Shown: in pieces, positions 13,998 through 26,779 of the stretch
Position numbering within the stretch: the first letter of the stretch is position 1
Layout of the letters: every line of letters begins with the position of its first letter
Assembly: GCA_964016885.1 (NCBI GenBank)
Contig: OZ024742.1
Coordinates: 133,610,001 to 133,674,000, forward strand
DNA: 64,000 nucleotides
Source: Eledone cirrhosa
Taxonomy: Eukaryota
Reading direction: 5' to 3'
The notes under the pieces: model-generated
The model's database searches: none
Seen by the model: only the letters and a program-made list of their open reading frames with translations
What the model was told of the DNA's origin: nothing
Translations under genes and position numbers: made by a program

Positions 13998-14208
13998 TGT
14001 GAATAATAATAATGTATGATCTGAAAACGGTGAGAGGATTCTGGAAATTGAATTAGAAGACTTCAAATCAGTTACTTTGGCTAAATAAAATATTCCGATA
14101 ATAACGGGGCGTATAAACGCACTAAACAGAAAACGATTGGCATCAGATGCGCTGATTCTCATCTTTCATCGTTCAGTTATGGTGAAATATTCTAATTCAG
14201 TTTAATAA

Positions 14209-15144
14209 CACTGGTCAACAACATTTTTGGAGAATTGATACTGACACTTGATGTTACTTAATTTGAATGTGCTGAATTCAAATAGGAAGTTATTTTTCCT
14301 CTGATAGCTGGAAACTTTTTTTTATTTTTTCCGAAATTTGAATGCTTCTCGTATTATAATGAAATCCATATGAACATTTTATGGTTATGCCATCTTCATA
14401 GTAGGTGACAAACAAATATTGCATTGGTATTCTATATTTATTCATATATAAGAGTAAGTACACCACAATAACAATTAAGCTATCAAAATAATTGTTTCTA
14501 CTTTTGGCAGAAGGCTAGCATTTATCCCAGTGTATTACTTGTACTTTATTTTATCAACCCCCGTAAGGACGAAAGACAAAGTTAACCTCGGCGGGATTTG
14601 AACTCAGATCAAAATAATATTTAATATTCTGTTAAATGTTAACATTTGCCAATACAGAAACGTAACTCCGTTATAATAAATGTGTGTACTATTTTCAACT
14701 AATAGGTAGCTAGGTCAGAAACGTATTGAAGGCAAAACAAAGATAGATCTACTCAGGCAAAAATTTGCGTTTGATTATAATCAATGGGATTCCACCTGTG
14801 ACAATACTGCTTTTATACGAGTACCTGAGATTACACCGATGAATGTGCTTGTCATTGTTTTAAAACGTGGCAAGAGGGATATATTTTGCTGCTATTTCTA
14901 ATAAGTTGAGGGACTATGTAACCGGTAAGAGGCTATGTACCCGGTAGATTATAAACAATAATTAAATCTGAAACATCAACACAATTGTCAATTTTAAGTA
15001 TGATAGATCTCGACAGATAAAAAAAGTATATCTTAAAATTCCAAGAAAAACAGAGAATATAGAGCAACACTAATTTCAAATTTGAAATCAGCACGAAAAA
15101 TTAAGCTAGAAAGTGGTAAACGAGAAAAACATTGTTGCCCAGTG
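14209..15144. mobile_element. Non-autonomous DNA transposon with CACTGG termini and TAA TSD (Chapaev3-like)
   Basis: taa|cactggtcaacaacatttt ... aaaacattgttgcccagtg|taa; subterminal inverted motif gtgctgaattcaaat/atttgaaatcagcac. Confidence 0.7.
14488..14610 (-). mobile_element. Truncated SINE nested in the CACTGG element
   Basis: Matches the 3' half of the SINE. Confidence 0.85.
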
Positions 15145-15276
15145 TAATAATTGATAATTATGAATATTTATGAATTAATCGGGCAAAGCTCCCCTCGAGT
15201 GGATTAATATTTCAATGTTATATACATTACTATATCTATTTTCAAAACCATTTCCAAAACTGTAAATATATATGTC

Positions 15277-15650
15277 ATAATTGTTTCTACTTTTGGTACA
15301 AGGCCAGCAATTACCCAGTGGATTACTGGTACTTTATTGTATCGACACCGTAAGGATGAAAGACAAAGTTAACCTCGGCGGGATTTGAATTCAGACTGTA
15401 AAGGGACGTAACTATGCTAGAAAGCATGGCGTCCAACCCTCTACCGATACTGCCAATTCACCGCCCTATATATATATATGTAATAATGGTTTCTTATATA
15501 GGCACAAGGCCAGAAATTTTGGGGCAGGGGAATGTCGATTAAATCAACCCCAGTTCGTGACTGGTACTTTATGTTATCGACCCCGTAAGGATGAAAGGCA
15601 ACGTTAACCTCGGCGCGATTTGAATTCAGAATGGCAAGGACTGAGTTCAA
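15277..15650 (-). mobile_element. Two SINE copies: full-length short variant 15277-15466 and truncated long variant 15482-15650
   Basis: Similarity to the other copies; 5' end ggcggtgaattggcagtatcggtag on the minus strand. Confidence 0.9.
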
Positions 15651-15688
15651 ATATATAATGTAATAATGTAAATATATATGCAATAATG

Positions 15689-15728
<40 letters not shown>

Positions 15729-15795
15729 TATCCCGGGTTCAATCGGGGGTAACCCAGTAAGTAAGTTACTCAATACATAGCAGATTATAAATATT

Positions 15796-15893
15796 TAATA
15801 TAGAAATGGCTTCCACAGGACTAGGACAGTTTCGTTCATGAGAAAACATCAATTTCTCCCGAATGAAACAGTTCTAGTCCTGTAGAAGCCATT

Positions 15894-15902
<9 letters not shown>
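15796..15902. repeat. Short fold-back (about 50-bp arms) abutting (TA)n
   Basis: taatatagaaatggcttccacaggactagga pairs with gttctagtcctgtagaagccatttctatatta. Confidence 0.9.
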
Positions 15903-15958
<56 letters not shown>

Positions 15959-16358
15959 CGAGGGCAATCCCAAACTTAAGGTCTCCTTCCGATATTGAAA
16001 CTTCCGATATTGCATCTTTTCCATTAAAATGCTGTGGGTGGTGCTTCGGTAAACCTCAAGAACCAAAATGCAGAGAGCATCCAGAATGATCCGCCAATCT
16101 TTACGCATGTTTTCCTCGGAAGGAGATCTTACTTTTGGGATTGCCCTCTATATAATAACTGCGCTAAATTCGCACTTGGCGGTAGCGTTCAACGGGAGCT
16201 CCATTCGCAAAGGCTGCGAAGCCAAGATTGAGCATCCCACCGAAACGCGCGCATGCTTGTTTGGGAATGAAGGAAGCACCAATCACAACAGTGTTGCCAA
16301 CAGCCGTACGGACAGTTTCTCTGCGTCTTTGGAAACCTTACTTTCGGGATTACCCTCG
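15959..16358. mobile_element. Mariner-type MITE or internal-deletion derivative, 400 bp
   Basis: TA|cgagggcaatcccaaacttaaggtctcc ... ggaaaccttactttcgggattaccctcg|TA. No transposase ORF. Confidence 0.85.
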
Positions 16359-16369
16359 TATATATATAT

Positions 16370-16476
16370 TAGTGAGAGAGTGAAGAATAATATGGACGGC
16401 TGTACAAAAACAGTTTTATACTGTAAGTAAAACCCTTTTTGTACAGCCGACCATATTATTCTTCACACTTTCACTA
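16370..16476. repeat. Short fold-back (about 50-bp arms) abutting (TA)n
   Basis: tagtgagagagtgaagaataatatggacggctgtacaaaaa pairs with tttttgtacagccgaccatattattcttcacactttcacta. Confidence 0.9.
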
Positions 16477-16676
16477 CTATTACTTCAAGAATGACCTGCA
16501 TGTGAAGTCTCGCAAACACGCTACATAACGAAAGAAACCTCTTGTTGAGTCAACCAACGCGGTACGTCGTTAAAACTATCCATAGTACAGGGTACTCACA
16601 ACCTTTAACTGAATTACCTAAAACGATATCCCATATATATATATATATATATAATGTATAAAATCAATACAATATA

Positions 16677-16754
16677 ATTACCTCATTACCAGAGGTTTCC
16701 CGAATGAGGCGAATACGAAATAAACGACTTCATTCGTTCGTCAGACGAGGCAAT
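16677..16754 (-). ncRNA. Type I hammerhead ribozyme, core intact
   Basis: attgcctcgt-CTGACGA-a-cgaatga.../tcattcg-g-GAAA-CCTCTGG-TA-atgaggtaat. Distant relative of the 6620 family. Confidence 0.85.
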
Positions 16755-17118
16755 ATAAAACATGGGCAAATACTTAGAAAAACACATGAAGAAAATCAAA
16801 AAAATATATAGATAAATGAAATAGAAATTGAAATATATAAAAATCTATCAAGAAAAATAGTTAGGTGTGTGTATGTGTATGTATATACGCTCACAGATGT
16901 GCATATATGTATATGTGCACATGTAAATGTATAGTTAGAAAGTGTGCGTAATTATAAAAATTTAGGGCAAATGTATCTATATGTCTGTATTATACAGACA
17001 GAAATGGTTACATCGTAAATATAAGAATATAAAGTCGCGCGCATAAAAACGCCTGGACACTCGTACACTTAGATGCGGAAAGAAAGGAGGTAAAGAGAGT
17101 ATAATAATTAAAAGAAAA

Positions 17119-17171
<53 letters not shown>

Positions 17172-17182
17172 TATATAGATAT

Positions 17183-17282
<100 letters not shown>

Positions 17283-19380
17283 GAGGCAACAGTTAGTAAT
17301 TCAGCAAGATCCTATCAATAAAATCTCCACATGGTTTAAATACACAAGTTTCTGATATAGAAATGGCTAAATGCCAACAGATGGGAACCCAGGAGTCATG
17401 ACCGTGATGTGGGCTGGCCCTCTTAAAGTGTCAGAAGTTATGGGCCGAAACACTTGTTTGAGCCGAGTATCTTCACTGTCCAGCTCTCCCAAGAGTTACT
17501 TACCACTAGTCGCTAACGCGCGGTAATATTTTAGAGAATTTTACTAATTAATATTGGAGACATTAAAATATGGATAGAGGCATCTACAAGGTATGAAACC
17601 ATAGATTTTGTTACATGCTGCGAAAATAAGTTAAACATTACGCAAAAGAGCTGCTCGCCACAAATTCCTTCTATTTGAATGTTATACCTGTAGCTTGAAA
17701 TGTGAGAGATCTTTAACGTAAAAGCAGCTGTTTAGCGTAATGCATAATGTCTTCGCCCGGCATCAGCAAACGTGTGGTTCAATTCCTTGTAAGCGTATAT
17801 GTCGACAGCTTTGCCAAATACAGGGATAATTTGGGCGATTGTTTCATCTAGTGTTTCTAGTCATCGACTATTATTTTGATAGTCACATACTGTGGTATTC
17901 TCAAATTTCAAATTTCACCAATGATTCATGTCACCCTTTGACTAGGACACGTAAAAGAGTACACACCCAACCACACACATATACATACAACACACACACA
18001 CACACACACGCGCGCATATATATATATATATTATGTATGGTTATGTGAGTGTGTGTGCGTGACTGTGATTATCTGAGTCAGCCTATGTGTACATGAATGG
18101 GTGTATATGCGTTTACACACATATATCCACACATATAATTGTGTTAATCATACTAAACATACTAAATTATGCACAACTGAAATGACAGCTGCATATATAT
18201 GCACAAGCAATTAATTTACATGAATGCAAATGCAAACTAAGACAAATGCCTTACTCGGAGACAGATTTCGTTCTTGTCTTTATTTCAGACTCTATTCATC
18301 TTTACAGAATAGGGGGTTAAGATCCCTTCAAACTAACATAACCTTGAACAATCGCCGCCAAACTGAAGAAGCACTAGTGAAGTTGAAATGGCACTGGGGG
18401 TATATATATGTCGTGGATAGCTGAGTGTGAGTGATTGAGTGTTTGAAGTGAAAGAGGTGGGGTGAAGGAATTGATTGCGTTGTTGGTGTGTGTTGTTGGA
18501 ATAAGGAGGACATTTTTGTAGCAGGTTATATGTGAAAAGGCCTGAAGGGCTGAAGTAGAATTTCTAAAAGAGCAGGCGTATGGGATGTGTGCCGGAGCAA
18601 ACGCATTGGAGGAGAAGGAAAGACAGGTTAAAATAGAGACGAAGAAAGATAACCAGGGTGTGAGGAGGAGGTATAAAGAAGGAAATAATGAAAGAAAGTA
18701 AGAAATTAAGAAAGAAAAAAGGAAAGATAGAAAGAACGAAAGAGAAGAAAAAAGAAAGAAATTATGAAAAACCGAAAGTGAAGGAATAGAAATAAAGGGA
18801 AAGAGAATTAACAGAATATAATAAAATAGCAGGAGCAGAGAATATAATAAACAGTTTGAAATAGGGGTTGTTAGAGGAGGGAAATATCAGTCGGAGGCTA
18901 TGAAGAAAGTAGAGAATAGGATAGTGCCGTGTAGAGTAACAGTATAGTATGTAAGTGCTGAATGAATAAAAACAATCAATGCTTATAGAAATACTGAGAG
19001 GAAGATATACAAAGAGAGAGCGAGAGAGAGAGAGAGAGGGAGAGAGAGAGAGAGCGTGGGAGACAGACAATAAAATTTAGAGGGGGGCAACAGCAATACT
19101 TCTCGGATCGGTGTCATTTCTTGCAGTACCAAAACCTTCCGCTCGCGGCTCTTTTTCCTTGTCACAAGCATTTATGCTCTCTTACCACACAACACATCCT
19201 TAAACTTCCTTAAACAGAAAAAGACAATAGGTGCCGAAGGGTTAAAAATGTCATTCGCAGGTGAATCTAGCATGATGCATTAGACTAAAATGAATGGTTT
19301 ATAACCTCCTGAATTTTTCATTCATTCATTTGATTGGCTATTCATTTCCAAGAATTCTTTCGCTTGTTTGTATTCTCTGT

Positions 19381-19426
<46 letters not shown>

Positions 19427-20115
19427 CCATCCACCCCCCACCCCACACACACACGCACGCACGCACGCATGCACACGCACACACACACACACACACACAT
19501 ATTTATATATATACATATATATATGTGTGTTTTGTTTCTCGCTATCGTCTTAGATTTCATGTTCCGTTAACGTGTCAGTATAACTATAGGCAGACATAAT
19601 ATCCCATTCAATTAAATAGATTTGCGAGAATATTCTTTTGTGTCACTGACCTGTGTATTATTCATAGAAAAACATCATATTCTAATCATTATGATACGAA
19701 ACACATTTAGAAGTAGTTTTTATAGAAATAATATGTGGTCTTCGCGTTACAAAAAGGAGCTTACTGTGAATTCAGAAATGTTAAAATTACGAAAATGGCA
19801 GAAAGAAGTATAGGGATTGTGTATAAAATATATTTTTTGAATTTTTATACCTATCATAAAGTTAATATTCCTATTAATACCTATTAATTTTTAAAAAGCA
19901 TTTTTTATTCAACGTCTATGTATTTATATGCTTAAATAATTCGATTATAATGATGTGTATATTCTAATCATGCATGCATTTATACAGCTATGCATGCATT
20001 ACATACATACATAGATACATAAGTAACGAAATATATTCATCATCATCACCGTTTGTCTTCCATTCTTCCATGCTAACACACACGCACACACACACACGCA
20101 TACACACACACGCAT

Positions 20116-20156
<41 letters not shown>

Positions 20157-20162
20157 CATACA

Positions 20163-20353
20163 ATTAATTGTTTCTACGTTAGGCACAAGGCCAGCAATTA
20201 CCCAGTGTATTACTGGTACTTTATTTTATTGACCCCGTAAGGATGAAAGGCAAAGTCAACCTCGGCGGGATTTGAACTCAGATGGTAAAGGGACGTAACT
20301 ATTCTGGAAATCATGGCGTCCGACGCTCTACCGATACTGCCAATCCACCGCCC
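20163..20353 (-). mobile_element. Full-length SINE, short variant
   Basis: A-box and B-box motifs; high similarity to 15277-15466 and 32637-32818. Confidence 0.9.
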
Positions 20354-20508
20354 TGTATATACTTACAATTAATGACAGATTTTATGTTTATAATTTGATG
20401 GTTTTAGAGTTAACTTTCCTACCTACATAATTGTATATCAATTTTCTCTAAAGAGACATGCAATACATTTTCGTTTGGCTGCAATATAATATTCACTCTC
20501 TGTAATCA

Positions 20509-20565
<57 letters not shown>

Positions 20566-20609
20566 ACTCTCTCTATCTCTCTTACTCTCTTTGTATTTAT
20601 AAATGGTCG

Positions 20610-21450
20610 GTTGCACGATGGTCTGCCCTACGAGTTTTACGTAGATATACCAGATATGTAGACCTCCCTGAAGTGGTCTACTGTAACTGGCTGCAGACGT
20701 GGCATATTTCCAGTTCTATCAGTCGTCGAGTATTAAAGCTGATGAGGAAAGATTAGAACAACAGGAATAGTCAGGCAATTTCAGGCCCATAACTCTGCTA
20801 AACCCAGTCTAAGCTTTTGGCCAAGATTTTAATGATGAGTTTGTGACTTGTCGTCACTGATTTGGTATTGGAAGCGCAAACTTGCACTATCCAGACCTGA
20901 TCCATACACGCCAACTTCCACCTCAATCAATACATGTATAGAGAGCGTAAGAAAGTAAACCTGGCTTCAGTGGAGCTATGATCAATTTAGATTAATCGAA
21001 ATCTTTTGATTGGATCACTTTTCGATACCTGCAGGCTTTTTTCAAGCAGATGGCTTCGGTCCCGACTTCAGAAGCTGGATCGTGGAAATGCACAGCGGCA
21101 TATGCTCGGTGGTCAAAATAAATGGCCATCTTTCGGAACCGTTTCATATGAAGTGATCGGTCCCTCAAGGGTGTCTTCTCTAACCACTGTTCTACGTATT
21201 GACTCTCAAGCGTTTGTTGCGGAAGCTGGAGCTGTTGCGGAGCATCCGGTTCGAGCTGGCACGTGGAAGGACTGCATCAGCTTAGGCGAAACCTCGGAAA
21301 TCAAGCTGGTTGGGACCTTTTCGGAAGAATATGAAAGTTTGAAGGGAATTAAAATGAACCGGGAAAAGTCCATAAGATTAAAAGTGAGAGGAGCACCTCC
21401 CTATGATGCTCTAGGAGATGTGAGTGGTTTAGTATTTGTGGGTTTTTAAC
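20610..21450 (+). pseudogene. Decayed Tx1/L1-type LINE reverse transcriptase fragment
   Basis: Frameshifted motifs DGLPYEFY (about 20618), NFRPITLL (about 20777), a KSFD-like site, and SEIKLVGTFSEEYE...G.KMNREKS. Confidence 0.75.
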
Positions 21451-21611
21451 GTCAATCCTGGGTGGTATCCATTAGGAAATACTGTTGTTTATTGTTTTTG
21501 TTAATGGATTTTGTATATCATTTTTTAGACGATATTATGTAAACCCCCATTTTCACCATCTCAGTATTGTCCTCTATTTTAAGTCAATAATTAAGAAAAA
21601 ATTATTGTTAT

Positions 21612-21815
21612 TTGGCAGTGTCAGTAGAGCGTTGAGCAGCATGCTTTGTGGCATATAGTTATGGTTCTCTATATTCTGAGTTCAAATCCAGCCGAGGTTA
21701 GCTTTCCCTGTCATCCTTACGCGGTCAATAATATAAAGTACCAGTAACGCTATGGGGTCGTTTTATTTGACTTCCCCTCCCTCAAAATTGCTGGTCTTTT
21801 GCCTATAGTAGAAAT
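21612..21815 (+). mobile_element. Diverged SINE, long variant
   Basis: tggcagtgtcagtagag ... gagttcaaatcc ... gcctatagtagaaa. Confidence 0.85.
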
Positions 21816-22876
21816 CCGGATTAATATCATTATTAAAACTCTACTTCTTAAGGTGATAGAACTTGTTGAAATAGCAAAAGTCTAATAACATATCGGTAGC
21901 CGGACACAAATATTAGAATTGAGTGCTCATGGAAATTGAGTATAATATATTGTTGAAACCTACACTATATATTTGAAGCAACCACATAGTCATCGGTGTC
22001 ATTCTCAGTGTGAAAATATGGATATATAAAAATATGTATATTCTAGTTAATATTTATGGTAATTATTTTACTAAATGTTTTCTGATGAGACACGGCATAA
22101 CTGCAACTAGTAATTAGCAAACCATTTGTAAAATTGTGTCCATAATACTATAAATTCAAGACATCTAATTTTGGTTTTCCAAAAAATAATGACTGAAAAT
22201 CTGTATGTTTTTTTTTAGAGATAGAAAATATATTTCTACATACAGTGTACTACATATATACATACATATCTATATACATGATTGCATACGTATATATAAT
22301 CTTATACATTCACATATGCACACACACATTCATTCATATATCAATGTTGTCATTTCTGAATTTATTTGTTCGCATATATATGTATTTCAGTATTTTGCGC
22401 AGCCTATTTGTGTGTGTTTCTATTACTGCGTATGTATACATCTGCCAATCTGTTTACGGATTTCTAGGCTCATAATATAATGCTACCTAACGAAATGGAT
22501 TTTATAATTTTTTTCTACTTCATTCAGAGATGTATTCATATGGTAAAAAAAAATATTTTTATCAAGATGTATATATTTTGTACGTTTATTTTTACTACTA
22601 TCATCTGAATCTGAAAATTATTAGTTGCAGAGTTTGGCACCTAGCAATTAATAACTTTCTTCTCACTTTCTGAACTTTGATATGTAATTTTCGTATATAC
22701 GTAAAGATAAATGGATAAAAATTCCCATGTTAAAGCACATTTAAATGTATATGGAACATAAACATACAGTCATGCAGACACTCATATGCAAACACCCACA
22801 CATATAAAGATATATATAAAGATATATATATATGTGTGTCTATATATATATATATATGTCTATATATATATATATT

Positions 22877-22911
<35 letters not shown>

Positions 22912-22974
22912 TTTTATATATGTATGTATGCATATATATAGTCATATATATATATATATATACACACTTTTTCT

Positions 22975-23430
22975 CTTCTTAATTATAATCATCGAGATCT
23001 CCAACAAGGTCTTCTTCATTGTCATAGTGATTAGATACATGATCTTTATCATTAACGCACTCATTACTGCGTTTATTAACCTTACAATCCATTTGAACAG
23101 CGACTTCAACAACATCAGTACCATGAATACAAACATTTGCTTTATCATTATCATAATGATGGTAATCGATATGGCCATCATCTTCATAAATACCCTCATC
23201 AGCAGCAGCCCCATCATCATCGTCAACTTCATTATCGTTAATATCATCGTTATCATAATAAGCATCGTCACTATAGTCATCGTCATCATCATCATCACTT
23301 TTGTCATTATCCTCGCCATTTCATTCACCAATTCCATATATACCTTAACATTATTACACATCTTGTTCGTAAACTTCAAAAATATTAATAATGAAGTCGA
23401 CATCATTTCGGTTATTTGCAGCATTGATCA
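22975..23430. repeat. Degenerate (ATC)n low-complexity tract
   Basis: ATC/GTC triplet periodicity produces the Ile-rich and Met-rich pseudo-ORFs. Confidence 0.85.
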
Positions 23431-26400
23431 TTTTTTTCTGGTGCAAGCGGAAGATTATATAGATGGGTGGTAGCGTATCCATTAGTCGAGTTAATAAACA
23501 CTTCTTATACATTGCGGAGAAATATGAAATCACGCGTTAGGTGCATGCATCGAAATATTGCGATATACATGACTGACTTTATCACTTATACTATTCTAGC
23601 AGTCATCGTAATCTAAACTATAATAAAGGAAGTTCTGTGGGACTGCATACGGTTTATTTTTATTTTTTATCCCGTTAGTAAAATAAGTTGGATTACTTTG
23701 AATAAATAATGAATGAATATTACATAATTTATCGACTAAATTTGTAAACAAAAATAATTTTGTAAAAATAAATAATTTTAAATTGACATCTTTTCAAAGT
23801 TGCCCTTCCGGTATATCGTTTCCACCACAACCACCACCACTTCATCTACCATATATATAGAAAGAGAGAGTGTGTGATGTCAACACTTCCGGTGGCGATC
23901 ACTTAAATAAACATACTAATTTGCTGTCACTAATTTTCTCCTAATGCAGTTTATATATAATATCGTCTTTTTTTAATGTATCATGGATTACGTTACTAAT
24001 TACATAAGACAGTGTAACAACGTAATCGTTCAATTTCTGTTTATATTGTCAATTAGGATTTTATTTGATGTATCATATCTACATGTATATATACTTGCGT
24101 ATAATATCAATATACACACTACACAGGCTAGCAGAAAACCACCCGAAGGTAATATTAATTTCTTAAATACACCCAAGTCCAAAAGATTCCTAATACGAAA
24201 TTCTCATTTTGTGCTTGGGAGACAACTTTAGAGGAATATAGTGGAGGATATTATCTAGACAATATTTCTATTTGTTTTATTGAAGAGAGATTGACAATTA
24301 TGACAGATGATGAGATTTGAAATCGGAACATAAACTGACGCAAATTACTCCGGCGTGCGCGTCAACATAGGAACCATAATTTTGATAATATAAGTAATAG
24401 TATATTGACTCTAGAGCCTACGTTTATACGCAATATATTCAGAAATATGCACTAAAAGATGTTATGTAAAGTCATTTTAAATTCATAGACATGAAGCCAA
24501 ATAAAACAAAATGATTCTGTATGTGGTCAATGTACTATGAGCTGCAGTAAAACATTATAACCGAGAAAATTAGTGACATTCTGCTCCGGAAAATATAATA
24601 AAAATTACACAAAGTTTGGAATACATTTTATTGTGAGAGGTAGAATGGAAATTTAGTATTTACATTTACACCCCTCATTTGAGCCAGAAAACATGTGAAT
24701 AATACAACTCACTCTAAGTTGAAATCACATAAACATCAACTACTTAAATAATAATAAATCTAGCTTTAATTTCCTTCGACTAAACGATATATGGCATCCA
24801 TATGATTAGTCACATATCCAAGATAATACTATGGAATTAAGCATACACTCAGTTAACCACATAACATTTAATGTCTATGCACAAACAAACATAATTGTCG
24901 AGTAATTATAGAAATATCAAAATGAAATGTCTATATTATTGTACAAATCTAACCTGATAACCTAAGATATGACACAAACCTAACTGTTGAATGTATAACA
25001 TTGTGACGTTTAATTGGTGAATACATAGTCTCCTTTGCAATTATATACATATTGTAGAAAGACATAAGATACCCTATAATGGTGGACATAATAACTAGAA
25101 ATTGGCAGTCCCACTGTCGGCATATATTGTTATATAATTTTGATGAAATTTGTTTAAATCTTGATCATTGTTATGTTTCTTTTCACAAAGTTTATAAAAC
25201 AAATATTGATGCAATCGTAGATACTAATAACTCGGAACAATAATAATGGTTTTTATATTGGTAGCTTTCTTTATGCTTGGAATAAGACAAAATTACCTAT
25301 TGAATGACAAATGTATATAAACTGTCTACAAACATAGAAGTTTTGAAGTTTTTTTCTACCCTGGTGTATATTGGCATTTATAATACTGTTGTTGCAGTTT
25401 TGATAGTTTAACATCTAAGTTTCTCTTCCCCGACTTCTATCATATCAGAGATCGCTTCCGTGAGAAACTAACAATATCTGCTGTCATAGCTTGCCCACAA
25501 TTTTTTTTTTGCTTGAAAATGTGAAGGAATCTAAAGGGTTTACGTAGAGGAATACGAGAATAGAAGATAGTAATGCATTTCAGGACACCCCATGTCATTC
25601 CCAGAAATCAGTCCGTTCGCAGTTGAGTGATCAGCTTAGAATAACAAAAATAATAAAGAAAAAAGAGAAGAATTTTTAAATATTAAACACACCTTGCAAG
25701 AGAAAAACCACTGTAGACATTCTGAGTGATATTAATTGAAGGATGGAGTCATTTAACTATAAACAAAAATGTTTAATAAACAATAGATATTAGTATACAT
25801 TGTATCACAAATGAATATATCAAAACAAAAATATATCAAATGTCGACTAGTATCAACACTTCAATAGTGACAGGGACTGCACGCTACGTTAATTCCAGGG
25901 AAAATGCTACACAAAAGCACAGAATACTGAGTCACACTGCTTAGTACGTTTACCTGTGACCTACTGAGATTGTTTCTCCTTCATATTTACATTCTCCTGG
26001 TGTATTCCAATCTAATATTGACTTTAAGAATAGTATTGATACCTTATGTTCTTCCTTTCCATTACAGTTCGTAATTACTTCCTTCAGTATTTAGCTTCCT
26101 TCTTTTCATGTCTACATCCATATTCTCTGAAACATTACGTTGCTAGTCTCTGTAGTTTTGTTTCATTCTTATATTATTCAAGATTTGTGCTCTTTCTGAA
26201 TTTCTTTGCTGAGTTTTTCTTGCTGCATACTTTTACGTCTACAGGTGTAGTCATTTTTGTCCTCCCGTGATTTTGAACTTACTTGTCAATTACAAATTTA
26301 GTCTCGTCAATCATATATTGTTCAACTACGATATTCAATTTGCTTTCTCCCCTTGTCCTATTTGTTTTAGAAAATACCTCATCAGCTACCATTTCTTCAT

Positions 26401-26779
26401 TGACTAATTCCCAATATTCTCCAATGGTTTAAGTTTCTTGTGATATTTCAAGCGGCCAAATTGAAAAATTATAGAAAAATCCTTGTGTCGACAAAAACGA
26501 AAAGACATATATATGCGTATACACAGACACAAAACGGCTAGAGCCACCCCCGTCCCCCCAGAAAAAAGAAGCCCCCCACCCCGAATAGGCAGAATTTTAA
26601 AAAAGCATCGAGAGATATAATGCGTGCCGTTCAAAATATCGTAAAGTCCAGGCGATTTGTTGGCATTTCATTGCTCTTTAAAGTGAAGCTGTGGCTATCA
26701 AACTCTGTTTTTCCTTATTAGAGCAATAGATATATCCATTACATAACTACGAAGAAAGACAGTGAAATTGTCGGAATAG

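Noticed and set aside
19240-19256. piggyBac-like end (gggTTAA)
   Set aside because: No matching partner terminus found.
22076-22135. CTGATGA motif
   Set aside because: No intact GAAA and no convincing stem II.
22832-23473. 213-aa hydrophobic ORF resembling a membrane protein
   Set aside because: Product of (TA)n and degenerate (ATC)n repeats; the opposite strand is also open, as expected for such repeats.
26050-26420. Possible RTE linker region on the minus strand
   Set aside because: Only compositional resemblance, with multiple stops and no diagnostic motif.
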